Assembly (NCBI GenBank): GCA_000708835.1
Contig: DF237316.1
Span: forward strand, 28,622 to 92,621
Length of the DNA stretch: 64,000 bases
Direction: 5' to 3'
Source of the DNA: Klebsormidium nitens
Taxonomy: Eukaryota; Plantae; Klebsormidiophyceae
The position numbers were made by a program, and so were the translations under genes. The first letter of the stretch is position 1. Every line of letters begins with the position of its first letter. The notes beneath the pieces are model-generated. The model was given only the letters and a program-made list of their open reading frames with translations, was not told the origin of the DNA and searched no databases. Positions 60,257 to 64,000 of this stretch are shown here, piece by piece.

Positions 60257-61250
60257 TGTACCAGGAAATGGTGTATTCGTTCTTAGGAATCTGATGGGCC
60301 TCTTTTTGGTACACCTCCAGGCTGCAGGGTATGGCTGGGCGGCTGAGCTTATCAAGCATCACTGGCACTGATCCGACCATCCAGCTCATGATGGGCATGT
60401 ACCAGGAAACGATGTATTACTTCTTAAGAATCTAATGGGCGTTTTCTGGTACATTCTGCAGGGCATGGCCGGGCTCGCCCCTTGAAACGGAATTCCAGCC
60501 ATCCAGCGCACAATGAGAGTGTACCAGAAAACGCTGTATTACTTTCCCAAGAATCTAATGGGCGTTTTTGGTACAACGTGCAGTGCATGGCCGGGCTCGC
60601 CCCTTGAAACGGAATTCTAGCCATCCAGCACACTGTCAGCGTGTACCAAGAAATGGTGTATTAATTCTCTGAGAATCTAATGGGCCTCTTTTTGGTACAC
60701 TGCCAAGCTGCTGGGTATGGCTGGGCTTGCAGCCCCTCAAACGGAATGCCTGCCATCCAGCGCACAAATCAGCGTGTACCAAGAAACCGCGTATTACTTC
60801 TTAAGAATCTAATGGGCGGTTTCTGGTACATCCCGCAGGACATTGCCGGGTCTGCAGAAGCTTTGAGGCCGCTGCAGCTTTCTGGCGGCGGGACACTCGG
60901 TGAAGTACAGCCATATGCTTTCGAGTCGGGGAACGATCGTGTGTACCAAGCAATATTACACTTCTTCTCAAAAATCTAATGGGCATTTCTTGATACATCT
61001 TGGCAGGCATGGCCGGCCCCTTAAACGGTGTGAGCGTTTCATTTGGGAGACAGCTCAGAGGGAGTCGTGAACGTGTACCAGAAAACGATGTGTTACCTCT
61101 TTAGAATCTAATGGGCGTTTTTCTGGTACACCTCCGAGTTGCAGGGTATGGCCAGCCTCGACTTCCAACCATCCAGTCCGCGATGAGCCTGTACCAGGAA
61201 ACGCTGTAGTACTTCTTTAGAACGTAATGCGTGCTTTTTGGGTACACCCT
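60257..61250. repeat. Minisatellite of 8 hairpin units (about 58 bp: GTGTACCAGAAAACG...CGTTTTCTGGTACAC) with 60-110 bp related linkers
   Basis: Units near 60257, 60397, 60519, 60641, 60773, 60940, 61073 and 61190. Confidence 0.85.
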
Positions 61251-61361
61251 CAAGTTGCAGGGTGTGGGCAGCAGCTTTGGTCCTGATGGACCACACATGC
61301 CAATTGATGGTTATCAGGAATTGGGTTTTTTGCTGAAAAGAACCCGCGTCAAGTTTGCAAG

Positions 61362-63530
61362 GTGTGGACCAACGTCGGGCGGCCATCGGGCCCACTGCAT
61401 GACGTTCAACTTTGTGTTCCGGGCATGATGAGCGGAATTCAGGGTTGCTGCAGAGACTTAGGGCCATCGAAACGTGCTCAAACTCACAGCTTTCTCCTCG
61501 GTCCCAGGATGAATCCAATGACGGCGTCCCGTGACGAGAAAGGACCCTCCGACATCGTTCTCGTTGCATTGACCACCCCTGCGGCCTCGGCGAGCCTGCA
61601 CGAGAACCTGAAGGCCGGTCAAGCCGTCAGGAGTTGTGCGGCGGTCCACTTCGAGGGTCCGGCTCCCGTCTTCGGCGACATTAGGAGCGTCCCGGCTGCC
61701 ATCCCGCCCCTACCAAATGCTGGTGGCGTGCGAGGAGGCCGGCCCTCCTTCGCGGCCAAGCAGGGGGGAACCGACTTCAAGTTCGATTACGGGCTCGCCT
61801 TCAGCCTGCGGCCTGCCGGAGCTTTTGCTCGGGGCGGTTTCGGCTCGACGTGCCTTGGGCGCACCTGTGGCGGAAAGGGGGCGGTCTACGCCCGAGGGAG
61901 CGAGCCCTTTATCTGGGAGAGGAAACGAAATCGAGGCGGGGCCCTGGTTTGCCGAGGCGGAGGGGGGCACCTCATGTGCTTGCGGTGCGTGGAGGCCGAG
62001 TATGAAGCTGGGCGCCCCTTTGTCTCGAGCGCGAGCGGGTGCCCCATTCCTCAGCACGAGCTCTTTACTAAGTATGAAGCCCTCCCCGATTCGAAGGAGC
62101 TTCGAGCGGTACGGCCAGGGGAGGACGCAAGCGAGGGCGGCCATCAGTTCTTCGTTCAAAGACGAGATCTCGACCCATGTCCGCACTGTCGCAGCAAGCC
62201 CAAGGGGGCTGCCCCAGCAAGGCGTGGTGTCAAGCGAGCGCTTGAAGAAGGACCAAGCCCACGAGAACTCGGCACGGTGGCGGTTCTCTCAGAGATGAGC
62301 CGAAGCAAGATCCCACCGATGGCTGTCGCCCCAGGCCTTTTCCTTGTGCCTCTACTCGATGACTCCAGTGGGCGCCTTCTGGACATCTCAACGACGGATC
62401 AGGGCCTCGTCAATGTCCCTCGACTTGTCAAGGTTGACCATATGGGCAGCTTTCGGTGCTTGTGCGGACAGAGGGCGTGCCGGGACCACGACATGGCGTT
62501 TCTTGAGGAAACTCGGCTCATGGGCGGTTGGTGGCAGGGCGGAGACCCCATTTTCAAAGCCTTTGACGAAAGCCGCCCTTTCGTGCGGGAGATGACGAGC
62601 GGCGTGCCTTGGGTTTTGCCACTTGACCATCGGGGACGGTGCTTGGGGGGGGTGTTGCATGGGCTAGACGCGGAGGCGTGGAGAGGCGGGCCGCAGCTGC
62701 GGGTCTTTGTTGGGAGTGACCCTGGAGAGGAGCCCGTGGTCTGCGTGCTTGGAGGGGAGACTGCACACTGCAGCGGCGTCGACTGCTCGGGTTCGGAACG
62801 CTGCCGGCACCTTCTAAGGGTGCTCTCGAAGCAAACCTTGCCCCTGACAGAGCGCGCAATCGACAGTGGGTGCAATTTAAGCGAGGCAACGCGGGTTTAT
62901 GCTGAGAGACGCGCCGAGAGAATCGCGCAACGGGAAGCGGGGGCGAGGATGCTCTTGGTCTGCAACGACCCCGTGTGCCGTCCGCCGGACTCGAAAGTCG
63001 AGTGCACCCATCAAAAGACTCTCGAGCCCTGGGAGTGTCTCTCGGCGGCGGCCCTCGACACGGGGCACGGCCACAAGAGGGTCGACACTGTCATGAGCCG
63101 GGGCGGAGCAAGTGTGACTTGCCTCTGTGAGCGTTGGGGCGAGGAGGGCGTGCGGCGGCGGGACAAGGCCAAGCACTTTTGCGCCCCACGGCCCGCCGAG
63201 GCGCTCGCGCCCTACGGCCGGCCATGGCAGATGGAGAGCAGAAAGGCGGCGCTGACGACCGCTGGAGCGCGCTACGAGGTCACTACCTATTGGAGGGTAT
63301 GCCGCATCGCTCCGGGGAGGGAGGCGGCGTGCTGCTCGGTAATGTACGACGGTCAGGTGGGTATCAACATCCAAATCAATTGCATTTGCAATTCTCTGTC
63401 TTCTCCAATCGGGCCATCCCTCTTCTACTTTTAGCTTCACGGGCCTTTTTGAGACCTTGTGGCCCGTTATTCTCCTGAAGCGCTCTCAAAATAACGTTCC
63501 ACTTGAGATAGTATCGTGCTTTATATGACG
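61362..63530 (+). mobile_element. 5' part of a KDZ-type transposon ORF (Cys-rich SWIM/CxC-like domains), probably degenerate
   Basis: GC-rich 690-codon ORF with many Cys/His clusters, ending C..CC..MYDGQ|gt. The next exon gives LHGLF only after a 1-nt correction. No catalytic domain is visible in the window. Confidence 0.55.
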
Positions 63531-64000
63531 GTCTTGGATCCGGCACCCATGGCAGGCCGGAGAGATTACGGATCCGGTCTTGCGCCGAGCATCCATTGTG
63601 GTCAAACAACCCAAAACGGTGTATCGCCTTCCAATACAATCATCGCAAACTGCGGCAGAAGAATGAGGAGGGAAAGGCCATCGAAAGCATAGATCGGTCT
63701 GCTTACATAACATACATTTTTGCATGGGATACACTTTTGTGCAAGGATGCGGACCTGGCAAAGGCATCTTTGTTGATTGTGGATAGTGGTGCAATGATGT
63801 TCCAATGTAAGCGTGTGCGTCCTTGCACGTACATGCGGCATTTGAGAGGTCTTCAAGATCAAGCATTCCATTGTGAGCAATGATGCTGAGCACGGACCCA
63901 AATTGTGCGTTTGCGTTCATGCCAATATTTGACATTTGCACTAGCCTTTAAATGAAGAAGGCCATCTCAAACGCAATGATGATTGACCCTCTTGACTGCT

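Noticed and set aside
60257-61250. CRISPR array
   Set aside because: Repeats are long (about 58 bp) and divergent, the spacers are homologous to each other, there are no cas genes, and the context is eukaryotic.
63486-63941. Cys-rich minus-strand ORF at the window end
   Set aside because: No recognisable family and competing ORFs on both strands; likely non-coding or an unrelated insertion.

Overview
Eukaryotic, intron-rich genomic DNA with two N gaps (752-1411, 25521-26075). A green or streptophyte alga such as Klebsormidium is inferred from the TTTTAGGG repeat, a cilia-type LRRIQ1 gene and short GT-AG introns. The left half (about 2.5-30 kb) is an accessory region. It holds a virus-like module with no recognisable capsid gene: an intronless PrimPol-D5/SF3 primase-helicase, a tyrosine recombinase and small NCLDV-like ORFs. 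This is followed by three copies (A, B, C) of a second, intron-rich primase-helicase gene. The 5' part of that gene is an array of roughly 35 units of about 250 bp, each made of a phase-0 exon (often exactly 96 nt) and an intron of about 155 nt that folds into a hairpin with conserved 29-bp arms. The copies alternate with two host-like genes: a LOTUS-like/3'-5' exonuclease/Ycf45-type ATPase fusion, and an MLKL-like helical domain plus WD40 protein. The right half is ordinary host territory: a glycosyltransferase-like gene, LRRIQ1, a TA-flanked MITE, a secreted fasciclin-amidase with tandem pseudo-exons, and a weakly supported multi-exon gene. KDZ (Kyakuja-Dileera-Zisupton)-type transposon pieces lie at both window edges. 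All family assignments come from motif recognition by eye; no searches were run.
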